Assembly: GCA_964252075.1 (NCBI GenBank)
Contig: CAXULY010000076.1
Location: forward strand, 1 to 14,347
Direction of reading: 5' to 3'
From: an uncultured Deinococcaceae bacterium
Lineage (GTDB): Bacteria > Deinococcota > Deinococci > Deinococcales > Deinococcaceae
DNA length: 14,347 nt
Part shown: piece after piece, positions 1 through 7,877 of the stretch
Numbering within the stretch: the first letter of the stretch is position 1
Layout: each line of letters starts with the position of its first letter
Program-made: the position numbers and the translations under genes
The notes under the pieces: generated by a model
The model's input: the letters and a program-made list of their open reading frames with translations, nothing else
Databases searched by the model: none
What the model was told of the DNA's origin: nothing

Positions 1-67
1 CCTGCGCGGGGTCCTCGGTCACGATGACGCGCTTGAAGGCCTCGGGGGTGGGGTTTTGCTTGGTCAT
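1..67 (-). CDS. 5' end of next phage structural gene (MTKQNPTPEAFKRVIVTEDPAQ...), runs off the window
   Basis: ATG at 67 preceded by AAGGAACCCTGAC; frame open to the window edge; directly downstream of 92..808. Confidence 0.7.
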   Translation of the reverse strand, partial: MTKQNPTPEAFKRVIVTEDPAQ

Positions 68-91
68 GTCAGGGTTCCTTTCGCGGGCCAC

Positions 92-808
92 TCAGGCCTG
101 CTGGGCCCGCCAGGTGGCGACGAAGCGGGCGCCGAACTGCTGTTCGGTCGCGAGGTCCGTGTCCGGCCAGGCGAGCTGCAACGTGAGCGCGCCCAACTGG
201 CCGTCCAGCGCGAGGGGCGACGTGGCGCCCCACCGCACGCCGGTGGGTTTCAGGCTGGGCGCCTCCAGGGTGCCCCAGCGACCGACGAGCACGACGTCCG
301 CGTTGTCCGCGCCGACGTTGTCCGCGATGCGCGGGTCGGTGCTCGCCTCAAGCCGCACGGGCACCTGGAGGTTCGTCCCGGGCGCCGGTTGCACGTTGCC
401 GTTCGGGAGTGTGGTGGTGCCCGTGCCAGGCACGCTGAAGGTCAGCGTGTACAGGCGCGTACGCTCCACCAAGGGGTGAAGGCGAAGCACGAAGGCCACC
501 TGCAAGTTCCCCACATCCTCTGGTGGAGCGTCCGGGATGTACACGCGGTTCGTTGCAGGATCCTTCACACTGAACCCGAGGGTGTGTACGGGCGCGGTGT
601 GGTCCAGCAAGCAGAACCACGCGGTAGAGCGCACGACGGGTTCCGCGCCGTTCACGCCATCCTTGCTCTCGTCACTCCAGGGCATCAGAATGGCGCGCAG
701 CGGAACGTCCGCTGCGCCGGGGCGCACAAGGAGCACGTCGCGTCCAAAGTCCTCAAGCAGTGCGGTCACCTCCGGGCGGGTGAGGGCCTGCAGGTCCGCG
801 GTGTTCAC
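92..808 (-). CDS. Putative head-completion/head-closure protein, 238 aa
   Basis: GTG start overlaps the TGA of the upstream gene (GTGA); follows the putative adaptor gene; beta-rich sequence. Function inferred from gene order only. Confidence 0.6.
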   Translation of the reverse strand: MNTADLQALTRPEVTALLEDFGRDVLLVRPGAADVPLRAILMPWSDESKDGVNGAEPVVRSTAWFCLLDHTAPVHTLGFSVKDPATNRVYIPDAPPEDVGNLQVAFVLRLHPLVERTRLYTLTFSVPGTGTTTLPNGNVQPAPGTNLQVPVRLEASTDPRIADNVGADNADVVLVGRWGTLEAPSLKPTGVRWGATSPLALDGQLGALTLQLAWPDTDLATEQQFGARFVATWRAQQA

Positions 809-1230
809 AACGCCACGCCTGGGAAGGCCGTGACGTGCGGTGGGAGGCCCGTGCGCCCGAGTTGCTGGAACGCCAGGTCCAGCCAGCCCTGCGCGGCGCC
901 CGCGCTGGATTGGGCGCTGGCCTGCGCGTCCACGGCGGTCTTCTCCAGCTTGATGGGCCCGATCTCGACCTTCTTCGCGGCGCTGGTGTTCCCCGCCGCG
1001 AGCGTGGCGCGCGCCTTCCCGCCGAGCGAGAGGGCGAGCGCGTACGCGCTCACGGCGGTCAGCAGCGCCCGGCCCTGACGGGAGTCCGGCGCGGGCTGCG
1101 GGGTGGCCGCGACCTCCAGCTGCTCATCCGCCCAGTCCAGCGCGGCCTGCACCTGCACCTCACTGGGCGGGGTGGCGTCCGGCGCGAGCTGCGGGATGAA
1201 CGCCTGCACGTCCTGGACCGTCAGGGACAC
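805..1230 (-). CDS. Putative head-tail adaptor/connector, 141 aa
   Basis: Helical N-terminus (LTVQDVQAFI...VQAALDWADEQL) then a beta-hairpin KKVEIGPIKLE, as in SPP1 gp15/HK97 gp6-type adaptors; two genes after the capsid gene. Confidence 0.65.
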   Translation of the reverse strand: MSLTVQDVQAFIPQLAPDATPPSEVQVQAALDWADEQLEVAATPQPAPDSRQGRALLTAVSAYALALSLGGKARATLAAGNTSAAKKVEIGPIKLEKTAVDAQASAQSSAGAAQGWLDLAFQQLGRTGLPPHVTAFPGVAL

Positions 1231-1233
1231 GGG

Positions 1234-1620
1234 TCAGTCCTCGTCTTCGACGATCTCGCCGCTCTTGAGCTTCGACTTGATGAACGGCGTGGTTTCCACG
1301 GTGGCGGCCTGCGCGCCGATGGTGGCTTTGGTGTCGGGGTCCGTGAACTCCCCGCCGAAGCCCGCGATGTCCGGGTGGACGCGCACCGTGACGGGCTTCT
1401 GAAGCTTCGCGGGCGCGGGCTGCGGCGCGGCGGGGGTGCCCTGGGCGGCCTCGCGCTCGCTGTCGAAGCTCGCGACGAGCGCGTCGAAGTCCTTCCTGCC
1501 GTCCTCGCCTCTCTCCGCGGCGGTGAGCAGCTGATCGAGCTGCTTCTGGCTGTACAGGTCGGGGTTGACGTCCTGGTTGTTCGCGGCCTTGATGGCCGCG
1601 GTGGTGTCTTTCTTCGCCAT
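1234..1620 (-). CDS. Hypothetical phage head-associated protein, 128 aa
   Basis: ATG preceded by GGAGGG; immediately after the capsid gene; two segments joined by a Pro/Ala linker. Confidence 0.75.
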   Translation of the reverse strand: MAKKDTTAAIKAANNQDVNPDLYSQKQLDQLLTAAERGEDGRKDFDALVASFDSEREAAQGTPAAPQPAPAKLQKPVTVRVHPDIAGFGGEFTDPDTKATIGAQAATVETTPFIKSKLKSGEIVEDED

Positions 1621-1694
1621 GGTGGTGCCCTCCGGGGGCTGCGCGGGGCGGCCCCGAGTGTGGTGTCAGGGGTGCGGGGTGCCGCGGGGTGGGT

Positions 1695-2786
1695 TCAGGC
1701 GTGCGCTTTGGTGCGGAAGCCCTGGATGTCCGGCTTGGTGTACCCGAGGTTCTCGCTCATCGCGATGCGCTCGAACTGCGTCTCGATCAGCTTGTCGCTC
1801 TCCGTGATCTGACTGCCGTTCTCGTACACCTCCTCGAGGCCACCGGCGGTCTCCACGCCGAGGATCTTCTTGCTGCCCTCCAGCGCGCTGCCGACGAGCG
1901 CGACGCGGGGCGTCATGCCGAGGACGCTGGGCCAGTTGCCGGTGTCGCGGAAGTCCCCGCCGCGCGCGGTGCTGCCCGGCGCGATGAACACGTCGAGGGT
2001 CAGGATCTGCCCGATCTCCACCATGTCGCCGACCAGCAGGTTGAAGCCCGCGCCGTTCTTGATGCCGCTCATCTGCAGGTCCAGGATGTCCGCGAGCGTG
2101 AAGCTGGTGCCGGTCGCGGCGTTCGCGGCGGGCGCGGGGTTGCTGTTGCCGTCGCCGTTCAGGATGACGTTGATGGCCTGCTTCACGCGGCGGCGCCCCT
2201 GGGCGCGCGCGATCTTCCCGACGTAGCGGGCGACCATCGGGAGGCTCGTGCGGCGCAGCACCTCGTAGCTCATCTTGAGGATGCCGCCGAACTTGAAGAG
2301 GTTGATGGCCTGCTCCGCGAGGACGATGGTGTACTCGGGCAGCTCCGCGCCCTGCGCGACGCGGCCCCATTCCAGGTCGGCCTCCTGCCCGGCGGTGATG
2401 ACGCCCGTGCGGTAGCTGCTGCCGTCGATGCCCGTGCGGTTCGCGACGAGGTCGCTGATCTGCACGGCGTTGATGATGTCCGTTTCGTTGTCGCGGTACG
2501 TGCGGTTGATGAACTCCGGGAACAGCACGCGGTTGTTCGGGTCACTGAGGAACGCGTCGCCGGTCTGCGCGAATTCCCCTTTCGTGCGGATGCCGGCGTG
2601 CACGAGCAGCTGCTGGAAGGCGTCGAGGCGCTCCCCGCGGCTGTTCTTCGCTTCGGGCCGCACGAGGTCCCCGTCGATCTCGCCGTCGCGGCTCATCTTG
2701 TCGAGCAGCTGGGAGAGGGTGACCTTCTGGGTCTTGGCGTCCTGGTACAGGCCTTTTTCGAGCTGGCTGAGCTTCTTGATCGTCAC
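1695..2786 (-). CDS. Major capsid protein (HK97 fold), 363 aa
   Basis: GTG start with AAGGAG SD; LFPEFINR, 'WGRVAQGAELPEYTI' and 'KFGGILKMSYEVLRR' fit HK97-fold E-loop/P-domain patterns; size and position are typical. Confidence 0.9.
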   Translation of the reverse strand: MTIKKLSQLEKGLYQDAKTQKVTLSQLLDKMSRDGEIDGDLVRPEAKNSRGERLDAFQQLLVHAGIRTKGEFAQTGDAFLSDPNNRVLFPEFINRTYRDNETDIINAVQISDLVANRTGIDGSSYRTGVITAGQEADLEWGRVAQGAELPEYTIVLAEQAINLFKFGGILKMSYEVLRRTSLPMVARYVGKIARAQGRRRVKQAINVILNGDGNSNPAPAANAATGTSFTLADILDLQMSGIKNGAGFNLLVGDMVEIGQILTLDVFIAPGSTARGGDFRDTGNWPSVLGMTPRVALVGSALEGSKKILGVETAGGLEEVYENGSQITESDKLIETQFERIAMSENLGYTKPDIQGFRTKAHA

Positions 2787-2824
2787 GTTCGTGCTCCTTG
2801 GTGGGCGTGGCGGGGTGAAAGGGG

Positions 2825-2856
2825 AGGGCCCGCACAGCGCGCGCTGTGCAGGCCCC
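2825..2856 (-). terminator. Strong stem-loop between decoration and capsid genes (attenuator or mRNA stabiliser)
   Basis: Perfect 18-bp palindrome GCACAGCGCGCGCTGTGC (2832-2849) extended by GGGCC/GGCCC; the flanking mismatches become G-U pairs only on the minus strand; followed by CCCCTTTC. Confidence 0.55.
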
Positions 2857-2876
2857 TGGCGGGTGCTGCGGGAGGG

Positions 2877-3236
2877 TTATCCGAGGTCGATGGCGGCGAG
2901 GTTGTTGGTGGCGTCCACCGCGATCACCCACGCGGCCCGCCCGCCACTGCTGGCGATCTTGACCTTGCCCGCGCCGTTCACGGCGAGGTTCCGGTACCCG
3001 GCGGTGAGGCCCGCACTGACGCACGGCACGACGACGATGCCGTCGCGCTTCACGGCGCCCACGCCGTCCTGCTCGACGATTTGCACCTTGCCGTAGAAGG
3101 CGTCATTGTCCGCGCCGCGCCCGGCGGTGCCGTTGCCGGTCAGGCCGACCGCGTCGCCTTTGAGGGCGCCCGCGTCGATGTTGAAGCTGATGGCGTTCTC
3201 GTCCTGCCCGCCGTACTCGATGCCGTTCACTTTCAT
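2877..3236 (-). CDS. Head decoration (capsid cement) protein, 119 aa
   Basis: ATG with AGGAG SD; Gly/Ala/Val-rich beta protein (KGDAVGLTGNGTAGRGADNDAFYG) located between protease and capsid genes. Confidence 0.75.
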   Translation of the reverse strand: MKVNGIEYGGQDENAISFNIDAGALKGDAVGLTGNGTAGRGADNDAFYGKVQIVEQDGVGAVKRDGIVVVPCVSAGLTAGYRNLAVNGAGKVKIASSGGRAAWVIAVDATNNLAAIDLG

Positions 3237-3303
3237 GGGTGTCTCCTGCTGCGTGTCGCCTGACGGTCAGGCGGGGGGAGGGTCGGGGCTCAGGGGGCGG
3301 AGG

Positions 3304-3831
3304 TCAGACGGCGTCGGGGTCGCCCGGCGCGCGCTTCTTGCTGCCCTCGCCGTCCGGGACGTCGCGGCTCAGCTGGGTGTTGGGCACCGTCGCGTCGCGT
3401 TTCGCTTCGAGGCGCTCGACTTCCTCGCGGATGTCGTCGACCTTCTGCGCGCTGAAGATGCGCCGCATGCGCTGCCCGGCCTGCTCGGCCTTCTCGCCGG
3501 TGCCGTCGAGGGTGACGGTGACGCGCTCCAGGCGGTTCAGGAGGTCCTCGCGGTACAGGCGGCCGTCGCCGGCCTCCGCGGAGAGGGTCTGCATGCGGGT
3601 GTCCTCCACGAGGTCCTCGGCCTTCAGGCCCAGCGCGGCGGCCACGCGGCTGCGCTCGGCAGTGGTGGCGGCCGCACTGGCGCTCGCGGTGACGCTCTCC
3701 GTGACCGTGCGGGTGGTGTCCCTCACCGCCTGGTCGGTGGCCGCCTGCACCGCGCGGTCGAACTGCGTCTGCAGCTGGTCGGGCTCGAACTCCAGGGTCG
3801 AGCCGTCGGGCATCTTGAGTTTGAGCTTCAT
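3304..3831 (-). CDS. Putative nested scaffolding protein from internal in-frame start, 175 aa
   Basis: GAAGGAGAGCCC-ATG at 3831, in frame with 4689, right after the Pro-rich linker. Confidence 0.6.
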   Translation of the reverse strand: MKLKLKMPDGSTLEFEPDQLQTQFDRAVQAATDQAVRDTTRTVTESVTASASAAATTAERSRVAAALGLKAEDLVEDTRMQTLSAEAGDGRLYREDLLNRLERVTVTLDGTGEKAEQAGQRMRRIFSAQKVDDIREEVERLEAKRDATVPNTQLSRDVPDGEGSKKRAPGDPDAV

Positions 3832-4689
3832 GGGCTCTCCTTCGGGGGTCGGGTCCGGCTTCGCCGCGTTCTGAGCGGTCTGCACGGGCGCCGGGGCAGG
3901 GTTGTCCGGGCCACGGTCGGCCTGGGCCTTCTTCTGGAACGCGGCCTGCATGTCGCGGGCGGCGGCCAGCTGGAAGCGGGTCTGGGGGTGCTCGGGCGCG
4001 CGGGCGTTCTGGGCGGCCTGATCGGTGACATTCGCGCCGATGTCGCCGCCCACCTGCGTGCCCGGGTACGCGCCGCGGTACACCAGGGAGCCCTCGGCGA
4101 ACTCGACGTTCCCGATGGTCCACAGGAAGCACAGCCTGGTGGTGGTCGTGCCTGTTTCCGGGTCGGTGATCTCGTATTCCTGCCCGGCGTAGTACGGGCT
4201 GTACCAGTAGTCGAGGCCGGTGATGCTGCAGACGTTGCGTTCGTACCAGTACCCGATCGACGCCTCATTGATCACGCCGCCGTCGATGCGCCGCGCGAGA
4301 TCCTGGCCGGCCTGGTCGTTCAGGAAGTACACCCACGTGTCCAGCCACAGCACGTCCCCACCGCCCGGCGTGATGGCGGCCGCGTAGAAGGTGCCGATGG
4401 GGGTGTCGTCCGTGACGTGCGCACTCAGTGCGGGGCCGCCGGATTCATTGATCTGCTGCGCGAGGAGGCGCAGGTCGTCGTCGCGGATGCGCGTGAAGTA
4501 GCTGGTGAGCTGATTCCCAAAAAGCCGAATGGGCCTCACGAGGAGCGCGTCGGCGGTCAGGGCAGGTTTGCCTTTTGCAGCCTGCAGGGCGTTGATCTTC
4601 TCGAGGTGCCCATCGGGGAGGGTGTTCGCGGTGGCGGTTCCGGCCGCGAGGGTCAGGAGCGTCATGCTGAGGGCGATCTGGTGCTTCAC
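3304..4689 (-). CDS. Prohead maturation protease fused to scaffold domain, 461 aa
   Basis: GTG start with GGAGGT SD overlapping the portal stop; candidate catalytic His (LSAH) and Ser (IDGGVINEASIG), 'EGSLVYRGA' motif, Pro-rich linker and helical C-terminal part. Confidence 0.8.
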   Translation of the reverse strand: MKHQIALSMTLLTLAAGTATANTLPDGHLEKINALQAAKGKPALTADALLVRPIRLFGNQLTSYFTRIRDDDLRLLAQQINESGGPALSAHVTDDTPIGTFYAAAITPGGGDVLWLDTWVYFLNDQAGQDLARRIDGGVINEASIGYWYERNVCSITGLDYWYSPYYAGQEYEITDPETGTTTTRLCFLWTIGNVEFAEGSLVYRGAYPGTQVGGDIGANVTDQAAQNARAPEHPQTRFQLAAARDMQAAFQKKAQADRGPDNPAPAPVQTAQNAAKPDPTPEGEPMKLKLKMPDGSTLEFEPDQLQTQFDRAVQAATDQAVRDTTRTVTESVTASASAAATTAERSRVAAALGLKAEDLVEDTRMQTLSAEAGDGRLYREDLLNRLERVTVTLDGTGEKAEQAGQRMRRIFSAQKVDDIREEVERLEAKRDATVPNTQLSRDVPDGEGSKKRAPGDPDAV

Positions 4690-6164
4690 GTGGGACCTCC
4701 AGGGTCGGGGGCGGGGTCAGTGGTGTCCGCGCCGGGCTTCCACCAGTCGGGCGCGCGGGCGGCGTCGCCCTCGGCGATGTCCCAGTCCCGCATGGCGCTC
4801 TGCGCCCAGGCGGGGCCGAAGAGCTGCGCGAGGATCTCGTGCGCTTTGGCGCGGTTGAGCATGCCGGCCGCCTCGTCCAGCAGGAAGGGACTCTTGGGCG
4901 CCTCGAACTTCACGTAGGCCGTGGCGGGGATGCCAAGCAGGCGCAGGTGCAGGTTGAAGCCGAACTCGAGGGCACTGGCGATGCCGCCCTGCACCATGAC
5001 CGCCTGGGCGTACAGCATGGGCACCGTGACCTGCGCGAGGGCCTGGGTGGTGCTGTCCATCTCGCCGCGCAGGTACGGCTGGGAGCCGAGGCCGTTCCAC
5101 ACGCGGTGCTGGTTCGCGCGCGTGATGTCCGCGGCGCCCGCGGCGGTCTGCGCGACCGGGATGACCTGCATCTCGACGTTCTCCGTGCCGAGGTACAGGC
5201 CGTTCTCGCTGGCGGACATGATGAGGTTCGCGGCGGTGCTGTAGAAGGCCTGCACGGCCTCCGCGTACCGGGGGTCCTTCTCGCTCTGCACGCCGAGCGC
5301 CTGCGCGCTCGGCGTCTTGATCTTGGCCTGGATGAGCGCGCTGCGCGCCATGAGGTTGATGACGCGCTGCTCGGCGTCCAGCAGCTGCCGCTTGCGGCTC
5401 AGCGAGAACAGGCTTGCGACGAACAGCGGGACGCCGGCGGGGCGCCGCCCGCTCGTGAGGAGCGCGCCGTAGCGGTACGTGAGGGGGTTCAGGGCGACGG
5501 TCTCGCCGATCGCCCACTGTTCGTGCATGAGGGCGCGGGTGGTGGCGTCGCGGCGGATGCGGATCTCCTCGGCGGGCACCACCTCGACGCGCTCGATGCC
5601 GCGCCGGTTGCGCTGTGGCACCCACTCGAGGCTGCTCGCCCCGGCGAGGGCGAACTCCGCGACCTGGTGCAGCACCAGCCCCGAAGCCCCGCCCCCCTCG
5701 GGGTAGATCGCGGTCATGAAGTCCGCGAGGGCGGCCTCGGCATTCTTGATGGCGCGCGCGCCGCCCGTGAAGTCCAGGTTGAAGCCCGCGCCGCACAGGC
5801 TGCGCAGGTCCCGCAAGGTGCCGTTCACGTCATCGTCGGACTCGGCGAGGCCGCGCAGGATGCGGGTGACGCGCTCGCGGCTCTGCCCGGGGTACCCGTC
5901 GAGGGTGTCCTCGAACCAGCTCAGGACGCCCTGATAGTCCTGCGGGTTCTGGCTGACCTGGGCGTTCGGGAGGCGGAAGGCCTGCACCTGCGACCGCACA
6001 ATCTGCGCGGCCTGCGCGGCGACGTTCTCGAAGAAGCGGGACTCGGACGCACCGGTGGCATCTGGCGGCGGCGGAGGGGCGGCAGCGGTGGCGTCACCGC
6101 TGGCAGCGGGGCTGGCGGGCGCGCGGGGCGCGAAGGCGCCGCGGAGGCGGTCGAGCAGGCCGAT
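4686..6164 (-). CDS. Portal protein, about 492 aa (start extended from 5999 to ATC at 6164)
   Basis: Between terL and the protease gene; 'PAGVPLFVASLFSLSRKRQLL' is portal-like; frame is open 55 codons upstream of 5999, giving (M)GLLDRLRGAF behind AAAGGGGTGACCC. Confidence 0.8.
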   Translation of the reverse strand: MGLLDRLRGAFAPRAPASPAASGDATAAAPPPPPDATGASESRFFENVAAQAAQIVRSQVQAFRLPNAQVSQNPQDYQGVLSWFEDTLDGYPGQSRERVTRILRGLAESDDDVNGTLRDLRSLCGAGFNLDFTGGARAIKNAEAALADFMTAIYPEGGGASGLVLHQVAEFALAGASSLEWVPQRNRRGIERVEVVPAEEIRIRRDATTRALMHEQWAIGETVALNPLTYRYGALLTSGRRPAGVPLFVASLFSLSRKRQLLDAEQRVINLMARSALIQAKIKTPSAQALGVQSEKDPRYAEAVQAFYSTAANLIMSASENGLYLGTENVEMQVIPVAQTAAGAADITRANQHRVWNGLGSQPYLRGEMDSTTQALAQVTVPMLYAQAVMVQGGIASALEFGFNLHLRLLGIPATAYVKFEAPKSPFLLDEAAGMLNRAKAHEILAQLFGPAWAQSAMRDWDIAEGDAARAPDWWKPGADTTDPAPDPGGPT

Positions 6165-6167
6165 GGG

Positions 6168-7877
6168 TCACCCCTTTCTGCTGGCGTTCGCACCAGCGGC
6201 GAGCGCGGCGAGGATGGAGATGGGATTCGCGGTGTCCGCGTCCGGAATGGCGAAGGCGTACATGAGGGCCTCGGCGTGGTTGGGGCTCTTGCCGCCCGCC
6301 TCGCCGAGCTTGTCGACGCGCAGCTTCCCGCTGGTGCCGACGCGGTTGTACACGGGCTGGCTGAGCTGCGAGATGAGCGCGTTCAGGTCGTCGCCCGGCT
6401 TGAGCTCGGCGAGGCTGATGCACTCATCGTCCGGGTGGGGGATGCCCTGCTCGACGCGCTCCCAGGTCTTCTGGAAGCGCAGCCGCAGGCGCCACCACAT
6501 CTCCGCGTTGTACAGCGCGAAGCGTTCCCGCGCGGGCGCGGCGTTGTCCTCGTAGATGGTGTCGCTGGGCGATTCGCTGTTCGCGATGCCGAGGATGGAG
6601 TACGCCAGGGTGTTGCTGCGCGCCATGGTCATGGTGATGCCGGCACCCACCCCGAGGCGGTCGTAGTGCAGCGCGTCGATGCGGTCGCGGGTGGCGAGGT
6701 CGTGCGCTTCCACGTCCGCGTAGCGGCTGTCTAGCGTCTGGATGCGCGTGGCGACCGGCCCCTCGCGCCCGGCGTACACCGTGGCGTCGCCGGTCTCGCC
6801 AACGTCCAGGCCGCCCACCTTCGGGCCGCTGCGGGTCAGCGGCAGCTGCAGGGCCGCCTGCACCCACGCGCCGAGGATGACCTGGCGTTTGGTTTCGGCG
6901 TCGTAGCTGATGTCGACTTCCTGCTCGAACAGCGGGAGGTCGACGGCCTTGCCGCGCTGGAACAGGTACCACGGGTGCACCTGGTCGGTGCCCGTGCCGT
7001 TCAGGGCGGGCACCTCCAGCAGCCAGTTCTTGTCGGGGTTGTCCCGCCAGTGGAAGGTGAACACCGGCCACGTCTCGCCCGCCACGAGGCCCTTGGCGAT
7101 GCGCGCGAAGAGGTTGTTGCGGCCGTGCGGGGTGCCGCCGTAGATGATCACGTCGGTGTTCTGGCTGAGCGCGGCGTGCACGCTGTCGGCGCGCGGCACC
7201 TTGCTGAACTCATCCACGAAGTACATCGAGGAGCGCCCACCGCGGCCGATGTTGTCGCCGCCCTCGCCCTTGATGGTGTTGCCGTTCGCGGGGTTCAGCA
7301 GCAGCGCCTGCTTGCTGTGGTCGCGCTCGCGGTACCCGGTGGGCCGCATCCATTTTGGGAGGTTCCGGAGGATGTGCCGAGCCTTCTCGAAGAGGGTGTC
7401 GAGGTCCCCGAGTTTGTCGACGAGGTCCAGCTTGCGGCTGCCGAGGCCGCCGCTGAAGCCGTCCTCGAACAGCCAGCGGTTCACGTAGTACCCGATGACG
7501 ATCCACGTCATGCCCTCGTCGCGGGACTTCTCCGTGAGGCCGTTCTGCTGGCGGGCGCGCAGGTCCTGCAGCCACCGCACGTAGTCCGCCTGGCGCGGGC
7601 GGAGGGTGAGGGGCAGCAAGGAGGGCAGGCCACGGCCGGGGTTGCGCGGTTCGTACAGCCACACCCAGTCGTTCATCCACTGGATGGGGTCGACCTTCGC
7701 GAGGGCCAGGACGATGACGCGCGCCTCCGCGCTCTCCTGGCACTTGGCGAGGAGCTTGTAGCGCCTGCGGGCCTCGCCGTCGAAGCGGCGCAGGACGTGC
7801 GCGCTGTGCTCCAGCACGGACGCCTCCACCAGGCGTTTGCGGTCCGCGAGGACGGCGGGGTCCGCGGTGAGCGTCAT
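6168..7877 (-). CDS. terL: Terminase large subunit, 569 aa
   Basis: Q motif (LRPRQ), Walker A-like EKSRDEGMTW, Walker B YFVDEF, coupling motif GTPHG, nuclease motifs GGLDVG, YDRLGVG, SPNHAEAL; ATGA overlap with terS. Confidence 0.93.
   Translation of the reverse strand: MTLTADPAVLADRKRLVEASVLEHSAHVLRRFDGEARRRYKLLAKCQESAEARVIVLALAKVDPIQWMNDWVWLYEPRNPGRGLPSLLPLTLRPRQADYVRWLQDLRARQQNGLTEKSRDEGMTWIVIGYYVNRWLFEDGFSGGLGSRKLDLVDKLGDLDTLFEKARHILRNLPKWMRPTGYRERDHSKQALLLNPANGNTIKGEGGDNIGRGGRSSMYFVDEFSKVPRADSVHAALSQNTDVIIYGGTPHGRNNLFARIAKGLVAGETWPVFTFHWRDNPDKNWLLEVPALNGTGTDQVHPWYLFQRGKAVDLPLFEQEVDISYDAETKRQVILGAWVQAALQLPLTRSGPKVGGLDVGETGDATVYAGREGPVATRIQTLDSRYADVEAHDLATRDRIDALHYDRLGVGAGITMTMARSNTLAYSILGIANSESPSDTIYEDNAAPARERFALYNAEMWWRLRLRFQKTWERVEQGIPHPDDECISLAELKPGDDLNALISQLSQPVYNRVGTSGKLRVDKLGEAGGKSPNHAEALMYAFAIPDADTANPISILAALAAGANASRKG

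Noticed and set aside
4620..4689. Signal-peptide-like N-terminus of the protease (MKHQIALSMTLLTLAAGTATA)
   Set aside because: Prohead proteases act in the cytoplasm; more likely a hydrophobic strand plus linker. Not testable here without SignalP or homologues.
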